DNA of 64,000 bases, taken from assembly GCA_964016885.1 (NCBI GenBank), contig OZ024743.1, positions 264,926,001 through 264,990,000 on the forward strand, read 5' to 3'. Of the stretch, positions 13,330 to 29,988 are shown in pieces. The notes under the pieces were generated by a model. That model was not told the origin of the DNA, ran no database searches, and was given only the letters and a program-made list of their open reading frames with translations. The position numbers and the translations under genes were made by a program. Every line of letters starts with the position of its first letter. The first letter of the stretch is position 1. This stretch comes from Eledone cirrhosa. Its lineage: Eukaryota.

Positions 13330-14686
13330 AATATAAGCTGATCACCTTCAAGCAAGAATTGAGAGCTGTCAGCGAAAAACGCCAATACCTGAAGAAGGTA
13401 GATGAAAGAAAAGAGCTTAATAAAAGATTTAGACGAAACCAAACATCAGTCTATAGAGATATGAAGGGCAAAATAATAAGTGTCACTGAGGCTCCATCCC
13501 AGAAAGACATAGATTCCGTTGGAGCCCGTCACTCGAGCAAATCTATCAGATAAGATCATGAAAGTTGGGAAGGAACTCCTCGAGAGGTATTCCCTGTGTG
13601 ATAATCAAAAACTCACACCCAGGGAAGTTGCTCAGCAGTATCGCAGTGAATCCATGGCTGAAAAACTGCATGCTTATCAGCAAAAAATCATGCATGGGTA
13701 TGTTGTCTGGAAGCTCCAGAGTGAGAGTAATATAGATAAAGAAAGTAGTCTATATTGGATCAACAACCGCTATATTGGCTCCCACTTTGAAGGATACGTT
13801 TTGCAATCGAAGAACAGGAAATCAACACGAAATACCTGATTCACAAAAGAGATAGGATGTAGGCAAAACACCTAGATGTGATAACAAGTGCAGACTCTGC
13901 AAAATTCATGATGTCACCCATGTCATAAACAGCTGTCCAAAGATGTCATTGCGTTACTATCTACCTACGAGGCATGATGTAGTGGCTAAAACACTGCACA
14001 ATGCAATCCGTAGAAAAGATAGCCCCGATAATAAACACATTAACAGCTACAGCAATGTGGAAGACTTGCATATACATAATATGATAGAGTACTGGTGGAA
14101 TGTTCCAGTAAAAACCCCAATAAAATGCAGGCATAACAGACCACATATAATGATATGGGACAAGGAAAAGAAAGCAGGTACAGTAGTGGACGTTAGCTGC
14201 CCTGCAGACGCCAATATAATATCAAAGATTAGCGAAAAAGAGAATATTTATGCAGAACTGATGAGAAATCTGCAGATACTCCACCATGACTATACTTTCA
14301 GATTTATGCCTGTAACTATTGGGCACTGAGATATGTTAATAACTGCCTCGATACAAATCTTGAGAAGCTGGGCTTCACAGAAACAGAAAGAACACAACTA
14401 GTTAGGGAATTACAAGTACAATCCATTAATGGAACAGTAAAAATATGTAAAACATTCCAAACATTCTGCATCTAATAAATGCATATACACATGCACATAT
14501 CCAACTCAAAACATACGCATCTACACATACAATAACATCCATACCTACACATGCATGCATGCAGACAGGCATACACATCTACCTAGTTGATGTTGTGTAA
14601 ATCCCAATGAGAGAGTATTGTAACTATGTTAGAAACCTACGCTCTCTCTATTGGCAAACATTTGTGAAATTATAAAACCAGAAGAA
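13330..14686 (+). mobile_element. R4/Dong-clade non-LTR retrotransposon, truncated and internally deleted (RT missing), in (CATA)n
   Basis: MHGY..SHFEGYV..CRLC..THVINSC (CCHC), RHD motif, NRP.IMIWDK..DVSCP.D.N...K..EK...Y..L (REL endonuclease). The 3' end AGAAGAA runs into (CATA)n. Confidence 0.88.
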
Positions 14687-14752
14687 CATACATACATACA
14701 TACATACATACATACATACATACATACATACATACATACATACATACATACA

Positions 14753-15205
14753 TGCCAATACAATATTAAAGATTAGCGAAAAGGAGAATATCTATGCAGA
14801 ACTAATATGAAATCCATCGATACTCCACCTTGACTATACCTTCAGATTTACGCCTGAGATTATTGGAGCTTGAGATGTGTTGATAACTGCCTAATCTGGA
14901 GAAACTGAAAGAACACTAGTTAGGAAATTACAAGTACAATCCATTAATGGAACAGTAAAAATATGTAAAACATTCCAAAAATTCTGAATCTAATAAATGC
15001 ATACACACTTGTACAGATACAAAGCAGGAACATATATAACTCAAAACATACACACATACAATCACATCCATACCTTCACACACACGCATACATATCTACC
15101 TAGTTGATGTTGTGTAAATTCCGATGCGAGAGTCTTGTATCTCTGTTAGAAACTGACTCTCTCTCTCTATTGGCAAACATTTGTGAAATTATAAAATCAG
15201 AAGAA
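14753..15205 (+). mobile_element. 3' fragment of the same R4-like family in tandem
   Basis: Aligns with about 14208-14686; same 3' end, followed by (CATC)n. A third decayed 3' end lies near 12468-12590. Confidence 0.85.
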
Positions 15206-16897
15206 CATGCATCCATCCCTCCATCCATCCATCCATCCATCCATCCATCCATCCATCCATCCATACATAGAAAAAACAACCTGTGTCTCACGATCTGAGT
15301 ACGGTGATTGGGAAAAAATCTTCAAACATTTCGCACAATTTCCATGCAGAAACTCCCTTTACTTTTATTCAGTTGATGAGCAAAATGCGAGGAGGAAAAC
15401 CTCCTATAGTTTGAGTTGATTCAACTTTTTTTAGACAATACAGTGGGACTTTCTTAAAGCAATGGTTGTTTTTCAATTCTATTGCTAATTCACGTATCAC
15501 ATTTTCTAATTTATTCCCCCCTGTTACCATTCAGTAGTGTTTGATTCATTGGGCCGTATGACAGCAGAATACGCTGAGTGAGGCAGAGAAGGGAATAAAG
15601 ATAGAGATGGCGAGAAAGATAAGGAGAGAGCGGGAGAAAGATAGGGAGGGAATGGTGTGTGAGTCAGTGAGAGAAGGCAAGGAGGAGAGAAGGAAAGAGA
15701 GAGAGAAAGAATTATGAGGTGACTTCAACAAACATGTGCCTAGCTTCGCGGTATTTGTTACGGTTCTCTGCACTCACAGCTCAGATAAAGCTATGGTCAA
15801 CTTTAACCTTAATTATCATGCGATGGATTAAAAAAAAATACTAATCAAGTAGGCGAATTAGCAAAATTATTAGAATTTTCGATGAAACAACTTGAGGTAT
15901 TTGTTTCGACTTCAGATCCAACTGTGTAAGCAGAATTAGCCACTTAATCCACTTAAGCTTTTAGTGATTTTATCGGTGAATAACGTGATTTAAGGATATA
16001 ATTCACCCCACATTTTATCGATGTCAAAGCTCTGAAAATTGACGTAAGCAATGTCATCTCCTCCTTGGTCAAACAGTAAAAATAAGATACATAAAAATAG
16101 TGCTAGACACGAAAAAAATAGGTAGCAGCAGAAGTAGTTAGGGTATTAAAAGTATAGGTATATTTTTTTAACAAATTAAAAGAGGATGGATGAAGAATTG
16201 CTTAAATGAAATTATACATTACCTTGCACGCGATGTCAAATACAATATAAATCGCAATCGGAATAATAGAGGCATAACAAATTAGATGGATTAGAGCAAT
16301 GAGTTAAGACAGAAGTAGGAACACTCATTATCTCAGTATGTAGAACAGATACCTTTATTCAGAGCTAAGCTGACTTACCGCCACCACCTTTCCTTCTTTT
16401 TCATTACCGGGAGATTAAGGAATCTTGAAACAGCTGCCGACATTCGCAAGGGAAACTGAGATAATTGTGATATGTTTTACAAAGGAAAATAGAAAAGAAA
16501 AATTTATAATGAAAAATATTTCTGTTTTATACCGAGGCTCTCTTATGTCTTTCTTATATAAACATATAGTATATGCATTCATATACAACCCTATAAAGGT
16601 AAACGTTATTTTAGGGCAATTGATTTCGTACTATATGCAGATGAACATTTCCAGCTGATGTTTTCTATTTGATGTATACAAATAAGCATCTCCAGCCTTC
16701 AGTTCAATACGTACTATCTATAGAAGCTCTAGTCTATTTTCACCACAGTAACAGTTGAGCGAATGTCGCTGATGAGTGATTAAGAAATCTTGAAAGAGTT
16801 GCCAGGCATGCAAAACAACCACTAAGAATTCTGTGATATGTTCACGGTGCAAAAAAGAGAAAATTATTTTTTTATAACGAAATATTATTTCTCTTTC

Positions 16898-16987
<90 letters not shown>

Positions 16988-17163
16988 TCTCTCTCTCTGT
17001 ATATATATATATATATATATAATAGTAATAATAATAAATTTGAAGACTAAAATCCAAAGAGGGCTCGATAAGGATAAATATATATCAAATATGTCAGAAC
17101 CGTAGAGCAAATATTTATTAAAATAACAGATTAAAGTTTAAGCAAAGAATATATATTTAAGCA

Positions 17164-19330
<2,167 letters not shown>

Positions 19331-19378
19331 ATATATCCCCCCTATCTCTTTCTCTTACTCTTTCTCTCTTTCTTTCTA

Positions 19379-19426
<48 letters not shown>

Positions 19427-19427
19427 G

Positions 19428-19522
<95 letters not shown>

Positions 19523-19525
<3 letters not shown>

Positions 19526-20401
19526 GTATAAAATCAATACAATTACCTCATTACCAGAGGTTTCCCGAATGAGGCGAATACGAAATAAGCGACTTCATTC
19601 GTTCGTCAGACAAGGCAAAACATGGGAAAATACTTAGAAAAACACATCAAGAGAATCAAAAAAAAAATATAGATAAATGAAATAGAAATTGAAATATATA
19701 AAAATCTATCAAGAAAAATAGTTAGGTGTGTGTATGTGTATGTATATACGCTCACAGATATGCATATATGTATATATGCACATGTAAATGTATAGTTAGA
19801 AAGTGTGCGTAATTATAAAAATTTAGGGCAAATGTATCTATATGTCCGTATTATACAGACAGAAATGGTTACATCGTAAAAATAAGAATATAAAGTCGCG
19901 CGCATAAAAACGCCTGGACACTCGTACACTTAGATGTGGAAAGAAAGGAGGTAAAGATAGTATAATAATTAAAAGAAAAGTATCTGTCTCGATATATTTA
20001 TAAAAATATAGTAACGATAAATCAGAAAGAAAAGATAGAAAGAAAAAATTAAAGAACACAAAAAAAGAGGGGGTACATACATACACAGACACGCGTGACT
20101 CACAAAAGAAATGTAAAAATAATTATGCTTATATACACACACGCACTTACACTTCCGTACGTACGATACGTACATACACACACACACATACTTATACTCG
20201 CGCATATAAACCTGTATGCATGCCCACGTATGAAACTGAGTAAGTAACAAAAGGGGGAAGTGGGGGGGGGGGAAGAAAAAAGGAACAAAAACATAAAACC
20301 GAAATGTCAAAAACACGGATATAAAGACAAATACATATACGCATAATATATACATACGCACACGCACAAACACCTGTACACACACACATAACTACACGCA
20401 C

Positions 20402-20434
<33 letters not shown>

Positions 20435-21045
20435 CATACAGGCACGCGCGCGCACCTACGTAGTCACGCATATACATATATAAAAAGTATACACACATTA
20501 AGGCGTTCCGCCATATTGAAATGTGGATAAATAAGTACAAATATAAAATTGTAAGATAGGCTGCGCAAAAATAAAATAAAAATAAAAATGAAAAATATAT
20601 CTGGATTGAAAAACACAAAAGACAAGTGGAATCAGTTAGTGGAGGAAAAGGGGAAGTAAAAGAAGGGGAAGTAAAAAATAGAAAATAGGAAGTGGATCGG
20701 AGAATAAAGGGGGGGGGGTTGAAGTAAAAATAAATAAAAGTGAAAATAAATGAAATTATTGACAAGGAAAAGAATGAAAGTAAGTCAGAAAGGGTAATTA
20801 AAAAGAGAATAATAAGAGTTTATGGAGGATAAGTATCTGAAAGTGTGTTAAGTTTATATGAGCTGGAAAGCAGGTGTGATTTCATGTGTGGGCAACTGGT
20901 AAAAATTTCCGTCTTTGTGTTCAGGCAGTTCTTCGGTGATTTAAGATTTTGCAATATCCAAAATTTTTCATTTATGCAGAGCGTGCATTTTCTTGATCCT
21001 CTAGCATATTTTTTAGATTGGTTCAAAATTGACCAATCTAGTATA
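19523..21045 (-). mobile_element. 5'-truncated Naiad-type PLE (end of GIY-YIG, long 3' UTR, hammerhead)
   Basis: 20820-21045 encodes ILDWSIL..KCTLCINEK..LNTKTEIFTSCPH (GIY-YIG with CxxC insert); terminus runs into (TA)n. Confidence 0.85.
19543..19618 (-). ncRNA. Type I hammerhead (family E)
   Basis: Minus strand: TTGCCTTGT-CTGACGA-A CGAATGA...TCATTCG G-GAAA-CC TCT GG-TA-ATGAGGTAA; 9-bp stem I with G-U pairs. Confidence 0.8.
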
Positions 21046-21200
21046 TATATATAAGGATTAAAATACTGGAGCGTGTTGGAGTTAAACACCCTCTTCGTAT
21101 TATAGAAATGACAGTAAATGGTATAGCTCAATGCAGTTAAACAGAACCAAAAAAATTAAGAGAGTAAAACAAAGAAGCCTTTAATACATCAACTTTTTTA

Positions 21201-21243
21201 TTAGCCGACAATGTTTCGTCCTATTAAGGACTCATCAGGGCAA
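21201..21243 (-). ncRNA. Minimal type I hammerhead in 3' pLTR (family F)
   Basis: Minus strand: GCC-CTGATGA-GTCCT TAAT AGGAC-GAAA-C ATT G-TC-GGC; canonical core, GUC site. Confidence 0.9.
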
Positions 21244-21993
21244 GTAAAACAACAAGAAGTAATATCGGCAGATACAAGCCGGAAGCTCCGAAGAATATGG
21301 AGTGTACATACACTAAAGTCTTGCAAAAATATATAATAAAAATAATAAAAATATATAATAAGAATAACTAAGGATGTATATAACATTAAGAACCATATTA
21401 CAAATATAGTCCAAAGCAAATAACCTAAAGCTAAACAAAGGTGGTTATATAGAGCAGGAATTATATATAACACAATGTAATATAATATAATACATTATAA
21501 TAATATACCTTTACCAACATTAAAATTACAATAAAAATCAAAAGGTACAATATGCACATGCATATATGTGCGCACACGCACACACACACACACATACAAC
21601 AATACGCACATCTATCTTCAACTACACAAATTAAACCTTATTAGGAGTTTGAATATAAAAATATAAAAATAAGCATGATAAGAGTGAAAATAATAATAAT
21701 AATAATACCAATACATCTACCCAATATACATGAGGTAATAATATGATATAATTACAAGAAACACATATAATAAATAATAAACAATAAAATTATATAATTC
21801 AATATAATAGATAATCCACGGTTAATTTACACAAACAATATAGATGTCACAATAATAATATAATAATAATATGTTAACAATGTACTAACATTTACAATAA
21901 ACAATATATACAAATCGATTCATACTGGGTTAAAGAGTAAATGAGGAAAAATAAATTATACAATACTCAAAAAACATTATGATGGTACAGAAA

Positions 21994-22180
21994 AAAATAC
22001 AGACATCTTACATGATATATAAAGTTTAAACATCATAATGTTACATACAATGAACAGTAAGTAATAAGGATCAATATTACAATATTACAAAAATACAGAC
22101 ATCTTACATGATATATAAAGTTTAAATATCATAATGTTACATATAATGAACAGTAAGTAATAAGGATCAATATTACAATA
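21994..22180. repeat. Tandem duplication (period about 96 bp) in the Naiad 3' UTR
   Basis: AAAAATACAGACATCTTACATG...GGATCAATATTACAATA occurs twice. Confidence 0.9.
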
Positions 22181-23019
22181 CAATATAATATAATATATTA
22201 TATAAAATATAGAATAAAATAAAATAAATAAATATAATCAACCGGAAATTACAAAACAAAAACAAATATATACATTTAGGTCTCACATGCGGTTAAGTAG
22301 TTAGGTAAAAACTAAGGAAAACAATCCCTGTAAATGACTGAAAACCCTATTTGATAAATTAATATTAAAAATATTAAAACTATCCAATAAGGTAGTATAA
22401 TATTAGCTATAGTTTAAGTCATTAAAGTTTATAAACTTTAATGTTTCGTTACAAATGTTTACAAAAAGGAATGAAATCTTTTACTATCATATACATAACG
22501 ATATTTAAAAACCTGACTTAAGTAGAATTAAGGTAGGCTAATGGGGACAGAATTGAAGAAATATATGCAGGATGCAAAGGGGCATAAAATATAGTCGATA
22601 TACTATAATAAATAATATAAGGGGGGGGGGGGCAAATATAATCATAGTCAATTTGGAGGGGTTGACAATAAGTTTATGTGCGCATGGGGGAGGGGAGGGG
22701 AGGGGGGGGGGCGTTATCCAAAGATGAATCTGAATAAAAATAAAAATAAAATTAAAAATAAAGTTAAAAATAAAAATAAAAATAAAAATGAAGATAATAA
22801 TAAAATAAAGTAAATGGCGTAAAGTGTGTAATCTTATATATATTCACAAGGTGTAATAGTGAAAATTTAATGCGTAAGAAGACAGATATGGTACAGTAGC
22901 CAAATGATTATGAGAGCTAGAATAAAGAGTCATCAAAAACCAATGATAATAATGATGATAATAATAATGTTGGCAAACAAAAGAACCTAAACTAAAAAAT
23001 AAGTAATGGAATATATCTG

Positions 23020-25708
23020 CTAATGGGTACAATTTGTACTACTAGAACGTTTGGGTTTATAATAAAAGTAAGAATTAGAAATAGCGTCGGGGCAAGAAGA
23101 GAATATCTCAGACTTTCTATTAAGTAAGGATACGCTAGAGAAAATTATAGAGTGTGTCTCAAGGATACAGAGATTACAAAACTTAGTATGCGTAGAAAGG
23201 TGGTTAGAGCGTGCTACTAAATGCCAGTTAAGGCTATAAGGTATATAAGCTCCCTTAAGATCCCAGATATAATGTGCTAAAGAGGTAGAATTCTTAAACC
23301 TAACGTGTTTGAAGTTAGAGATATGAGAGTTAAACCTAGTCTTAAAAGTGTTTGAAGTAGATCCTATATAAGTTCTATTAGAGGAATTAGTTATAACTTC
23401 GCAAGCATAGACAATGTTCTTAGAAAGGCAGTTACCGTTTAAAGGGCAGTTAGCACTCACTCTACAATTGCACTTCCGGGTGTTATTGGTTGGCTCGAGT
23501 GGTGATGTATTACACGTAGGATTTATATTAGATAAGGACTGTTCTGGTGGTAAAGCATTGTCGGATCTGTTCAGACTAGTAGTATGTAGAGAGGAGAATC
23601 CATCCCTAATTTTCCTATTATTAGTGCTAGCTAAATGAGGACCAATATGAGGGGTGGTAGAGAATGAGAGTTTAATAACATTTTTATTAAAAATACCATG
23701 GTATTTATGAGAAGGGGGGAAATTTTTCTCTAAGATAGTGAAGAAAGACCTAGGGATATTAGTTGATACATCCTGATTATATGGCGGGTTAAAATAAGTA
23801 TTTAATCGCCTTCTATTTTTATTCTTACCGACCCTACCTTTATAAAATGTCCCACCATCGAGACTAGGGTTACTACAAGGATTAGTTAAAGCCACATTCA
23901 TAGAATCAGCCATAATTTCGGTAGTCTATTATAGTTTCTAACTCCAGTAGATCTGCTGCTGTCCGGAATCCCTTCAAAAGGATTAGGGCCAATGATAGGA
24001 TCAGTAGGAGCAACATTATTAGAATAAGATCCAGCAAAACCATCACCAATGTGTGAGCGCACAGGGGGTTCAACTTGTTTCCTAGAGGTATTATATTTGC
24101 TATTACGAGTCCGGTGGGTTAACTTATGGATGGGTTCGGATACACCTATATAATTTTTACGGTTACTATATTTGCTACTCCCATTCATGGCCATGTTATG
24201 TGATATTATGTTATTATTGTTAAAAGTAAGCGGAGACTTTCTAAGGTTACTATTATTATAATGTATTTTACTAGAGTAACCTGAATTTGCTAGGGCATTA
24301 TTGTAGTACTCCGCATGTTCATTAAATGTTCCTATGTCCTTAGAGAGTGTGGAAATCCTATTAGATACACCCTTAATTATAGAGCTTATCATAGACTTAG
24401 GGTGGTTAGAATTGGGGCTAACATAAGAAAGAATTTCATTAGGCTTATGGAAGGGTTTAAAACTATTAGTGACCAAGTCCAAAGTCACATCTAAAAAGTT
24501 AACCGCTCTATCATTTCTATCTATCGTGATCGAAAGGTTGTAGCTTTTAAAAAAACTTATAAAGCTTCTTATTATTATGTTCTACATTGTTGGTGCTAGA
24601 GTTAATTACAAATAATGCATCATCACGATATAGTCCAAATATAAGGTGCGGGAAGGTAGCGTATAGTTCATTAAGGAGGAACAACCCAACAAGATCAGTA
24701 ACCTGGGCCGAATTACTCGAACCCATTGTAACGTCGAAATTATTGGGCGTGTTTTTACGGGTCCAAAATGTGTCCTCAAATTTAATAATAGTTTTACGGG
24801 CTGCTAGTATAATATCTACCTGTGATCGTGTAAGGCTGGACACTCTCATGGCCAACATTAAAGCTTTATTGAGGAGGATGGGTGAAATTGATGTGTAGTA
24901 GGCATCAATATCGAATTGGATAAACTTATTAGATTCAAGTCTATTAATCCCAGAGAACAAATCTATAACTTCCCTAGTGTTCCCCCATAGGTTAAAATTA
25001 ACCTTATCCCTAACATCTGGTATAATAAGGTCAAGGATTTTTTTTACTGATAATGGCTATATCAGACTTAGAAGGACAGATGAGTCTAACAGAGGAGTTA
25101 CTAATAAAATCAACCTTATGATCCTTAAGTGTGAATCTCGGTTCTCGAGGGTAATATGGCTGGGTATACTTATCGAGGTCGAGGTCAGAGACTATTCTAA
25201 GGCCCTCACTATTGATGTGGTTCAAATTCTCAAGCGTAGTTTTTTTATAGTTTCTATATAACTCCTTATAAATAAAGTCGCGGTATGCACTATAGTCCAT
25301 GGAGTATAGATTCTTAGTCTTATCTGCCGGGACAAGAATGGACTTATTATCACCGAAACCCTTAACAATATTTTTAAGTCTGGACTGGAACTTATCAAAG
25401 TTATTATAATTTCTATGTCTATTATTTGGCCTATACCTAATATTTTTGACCAGAGAGAGTAAGTCACTTTCAAAACTATCTAATAGAATATTGTGTGGTG
25501 GGCTCTTATAAGTTTTGAAGCCGTAGTTATTAAAATTTGTTCTATTCCTGGGGTCCTTCCTATTCTTATTATTATCGTAGTGGATAGCACGCCATCTAAT
25601 CCTTTTTACAAAGGAGTTAACACTAGCTATCAATAGTTTTTCGTAAGTATTCTTAGAGGGGGTGGGAATATTCTTCAGAGATAAAGGCAGGTAACTCTTT
25701 GTTAGCAT
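23020..25708 (-). pseudogene. PLE polyprotein (RT plus GIY-YIG), broken by about 3 frameshifts
   Basis: ORFs 25031-25708 (SLKNIP..KRIRWRA, PADKT), 24547-24960 (QFDI, MGS, GLYRDD), 23898-24488 (SNHP) and 23020-23913 (FNPPY, CNC..CPL..C, IVY..YIG, CNLC, LLN). Confidence 0.93.
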
Positions 25709-26542
25709 ACTGTCAGATAAATATATATAAAGGCCAAAATACCAGTATATATGTGAGTAAGCTCAACCGGTCGGGAGCAGTGACAAGGATTAAAATACTG
25801 GAGCGTGTTGGAGTTAAACACCCTCTTCGTATTATAGAAATGACAGTAAAAGGTATAGCTCAATGCAGTTAAACAGTATGAATCGATTTGTATATATTGT
25901 TTATTGTAAATGTTAGTACATTGTTAACATATTATTATTATATTATTATTGTGACATCTATATTGTTTGTGTAAATTAACCGGGGATTATCTATTATATT
26001 GAATTATATAATTTTATTGTTTATTATTTATTATATGTGTTTCTTGTAATTATATCATATTATTACCTCATGTATATTGGGTAGATGTATTGGAATTATT
26101 ATTATTATTATTATTTTCACTCTTATCATGCTTATTTTTATATTCAAACTCCTAATAAGGTTTAATTTGTGTAGTTGAAGATAGATATGCGTATTGTTGT
26201 ATGTGTGCGTGTGCGCACATATATACATGTGCATATTGTACCTTTTGATTTTTATTGTAATTTTAATGTTGGTAAAGGTATATTATTATAATGTATTATA
26301 TTATATTACATTGTGTTATATATAATTCCTGCTCTATATAACCACCTTTGTTTAGCTTTAGGTTATTTGCTTTGGACTATGTTTGTAATATGGTTCTTAA
26401 TGTTATATACATCCTTAGTTATTCTTATTATATATTTTTATTATTTGTATTATATATTTTTGCAAGACTTTAGTGTATGTACACTCCATATTCTTCGGAG
26501 CTTCCGGCTTGTATCTGCCGATATTACTTCTTGTTGTTTTAA

Positions 26543-26585
26543 TTGCTCTGATGAGTCCTTAATAGGACGAAACATTGTCGGCTAA
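26543..26585 (+). ncRNA. Minimal type I hammerhead in inverted 5' pLTR (family F)
   Basis: GCT-CTGATGA-GTCCT TAAT AGGAC-GAAA-C ATT G-TC-GGC. Confidence 0.88.
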
Positions 26586-26661
26586 TAAACACTTTTGATG
26601 TATTAAAGGCTTCTTTGTTTTACTCTCTTAATTTTATATATATATATATGCATATATATAT

Positions 26662-28230
<1,569 letters not shown>

Positions 28231-28475
28231 ATTAATACATTAACAGAGAAAGCCTTAAGCGATACTCTGACCAACTCCATCTCACTCAACAAACATTAGG
28301 ATATACCTAAGTATATTCCCAATTTAGTGTTTGGGTTGCTAACTCATCAGTATTTCGTGGATAGCTGGTTGTATTATTTTATATGACATAATTAAATAAA
28401 TATCTCTTTCCTTCTAGACGGCCGTTTCGTTATAAGATTTCTACAATGTTATATATATATAAGTATATACATATA

Positions 28476-28548
<73 letters not shown>

Positions 28549-28686
28549 GTATGTATATATATGTATACCTATTTATATGTATGTATATGTATGTATATAT
28601 ATGTATACATATTTATATGTATATATATATATATATATATATGTATACATATTTATATGTATATATATATATATATGTATACATAT

Positions 28687-28723
<37 letters not shown>

Positions 28724-28728
28724 CATAT

Positions 28729-28830
<102 letters not shown>

Positions 28831-28842
28831 CATACATATATG

Positions 28843-28874
<32 letters not shown>

Positions 28875-28935
28875 TTAGAAAGTGAGGTTTTTTTACAAAA
28901 TAAAAAATAACCGAGGTGTCCTACACGAGTGAAAG

Positions 28936-29218
28936 TATAAAGAAAAAAAGATGAAATCGAAAATGCACTAGAGTCTTATTTAAAAAAATGTATATATATT
29001 TATTTGGTTCCTTTACCAGTTTCGCAGTTCTTTTGCTTTTCAAAGGTAGAGTTGAGTGGGAGGGTCTGTAGTTTTTCTCACATCTGATGTGAGAAGAACC
29101 ACAGATCCTCCATCTCAACTGAACTTTTGAGAACTGCGAAACCGGTAAAGGAACCAAATAAATATATATATTTTTTTAAAATAAGACTCTAGTTGCATTT
29201 TCGATTTCATCTTTTTGT

Positions 29219-29225
<7 letters not shown>
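28936..29225. repeat. Imperfect palindrome of about 290 bp centred at 29085, with a hammerhead-like remnant
   Basis: Arms are reverse complements; the right arm reads CTGATGT...C GAAA CCGG TA AAGG. Confidence 0.8.
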
Positions 29226-29264
<39 letters not shown>

Positions 29265-29269
29265 GCAAT

Positions 29270-29500
29270 CTAGTTTTTGTCCAGATGGTGTTGGGCAATC
29301 AAAGGAGAGACATAATATAGCAACACATATAGTCACTGAGGAGGACACAGAATATATGATGAAAGAGCTTTTACAATCAACGACTAAACGGTTATATGGC
29401 TATATAAATAACCGACTAAGGTTTATAAGAAATTGACCTGAAAACTAACAGATGTCACTGTTATTATTAGCGGCATGACCTTCCCAAATATAACAATATT
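29270..29500 (+). mobile_element. Diverged family B pLTR with degenerate hammerhead (29332-29374)
   Basis: GTCA CTGAGGA G...GAAA GAGC TT and the terminus CATGACCTTCCCAAATATAACAATAT. Confidence 0.7.
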
Positions 29501-29532
29501 TATTTATACACGCACACAAACGCACACACACG

Positions 29533-29713
<181 letters not shown>

Positions 29714-29957
29714 TTATATATATATATATGCATATATATGAGTATGTGTTTGTTTGTATGAATCAATATGGATGCAGTTAAAACTTGTTTAGTCCATTAC
29801 TCACCAGAGTACTCGATACTTGGTGTAGTAGTGTATGATAATATGAAAAAAGTCGAGGCCCCGACGGCTCAGCTCTTGCCCCTTCAACAGCTAGTTCCAG
29901 ACACTGGAACGAGCTATTGAAACTACAACAGCTCAGCGGTCTGGGTCCCGAATCTTT

Positions 29958-29988
<31 letters not shown>

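Larger units (their letters stand above)
21053..26635 (-). mobile_element. Near full-length Naiad-type Penelope-like element with partial tandem pLTR and inverted 5' pLTR
   Basis: RT plus C-terminal GIY-YIG. Direct repeat 21053-21144 = 25785-25876; inverted repeat 21152-21927 vs 25874-26635; both ends in TA repeats. Confidence 0.93.

Noticed and set aside
16405-16880. Diverged repeat of about 100 bp (16405, 16770, also 61465)
   Set aside because: Real but old interspersed repeat with no diagnostic ends or structure; not a CRISPR-like array.
21201-21473. 90-aa hydrophobic ORF duplicated at 26313-26585
   Set aside because: Lies in the AT-rich pLTR and overlaps the hammerhead; the duplication is explained by the inverted pLTR.
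20820-25708. Selenocysteine recoding, reported for some Naiad elements
   Set aside because: The conserved Cys positions visible in both elements are Cys codons, and the ORF breaks appear to be frameshifts rather than in-frame TGA; no SECIS was recognised.
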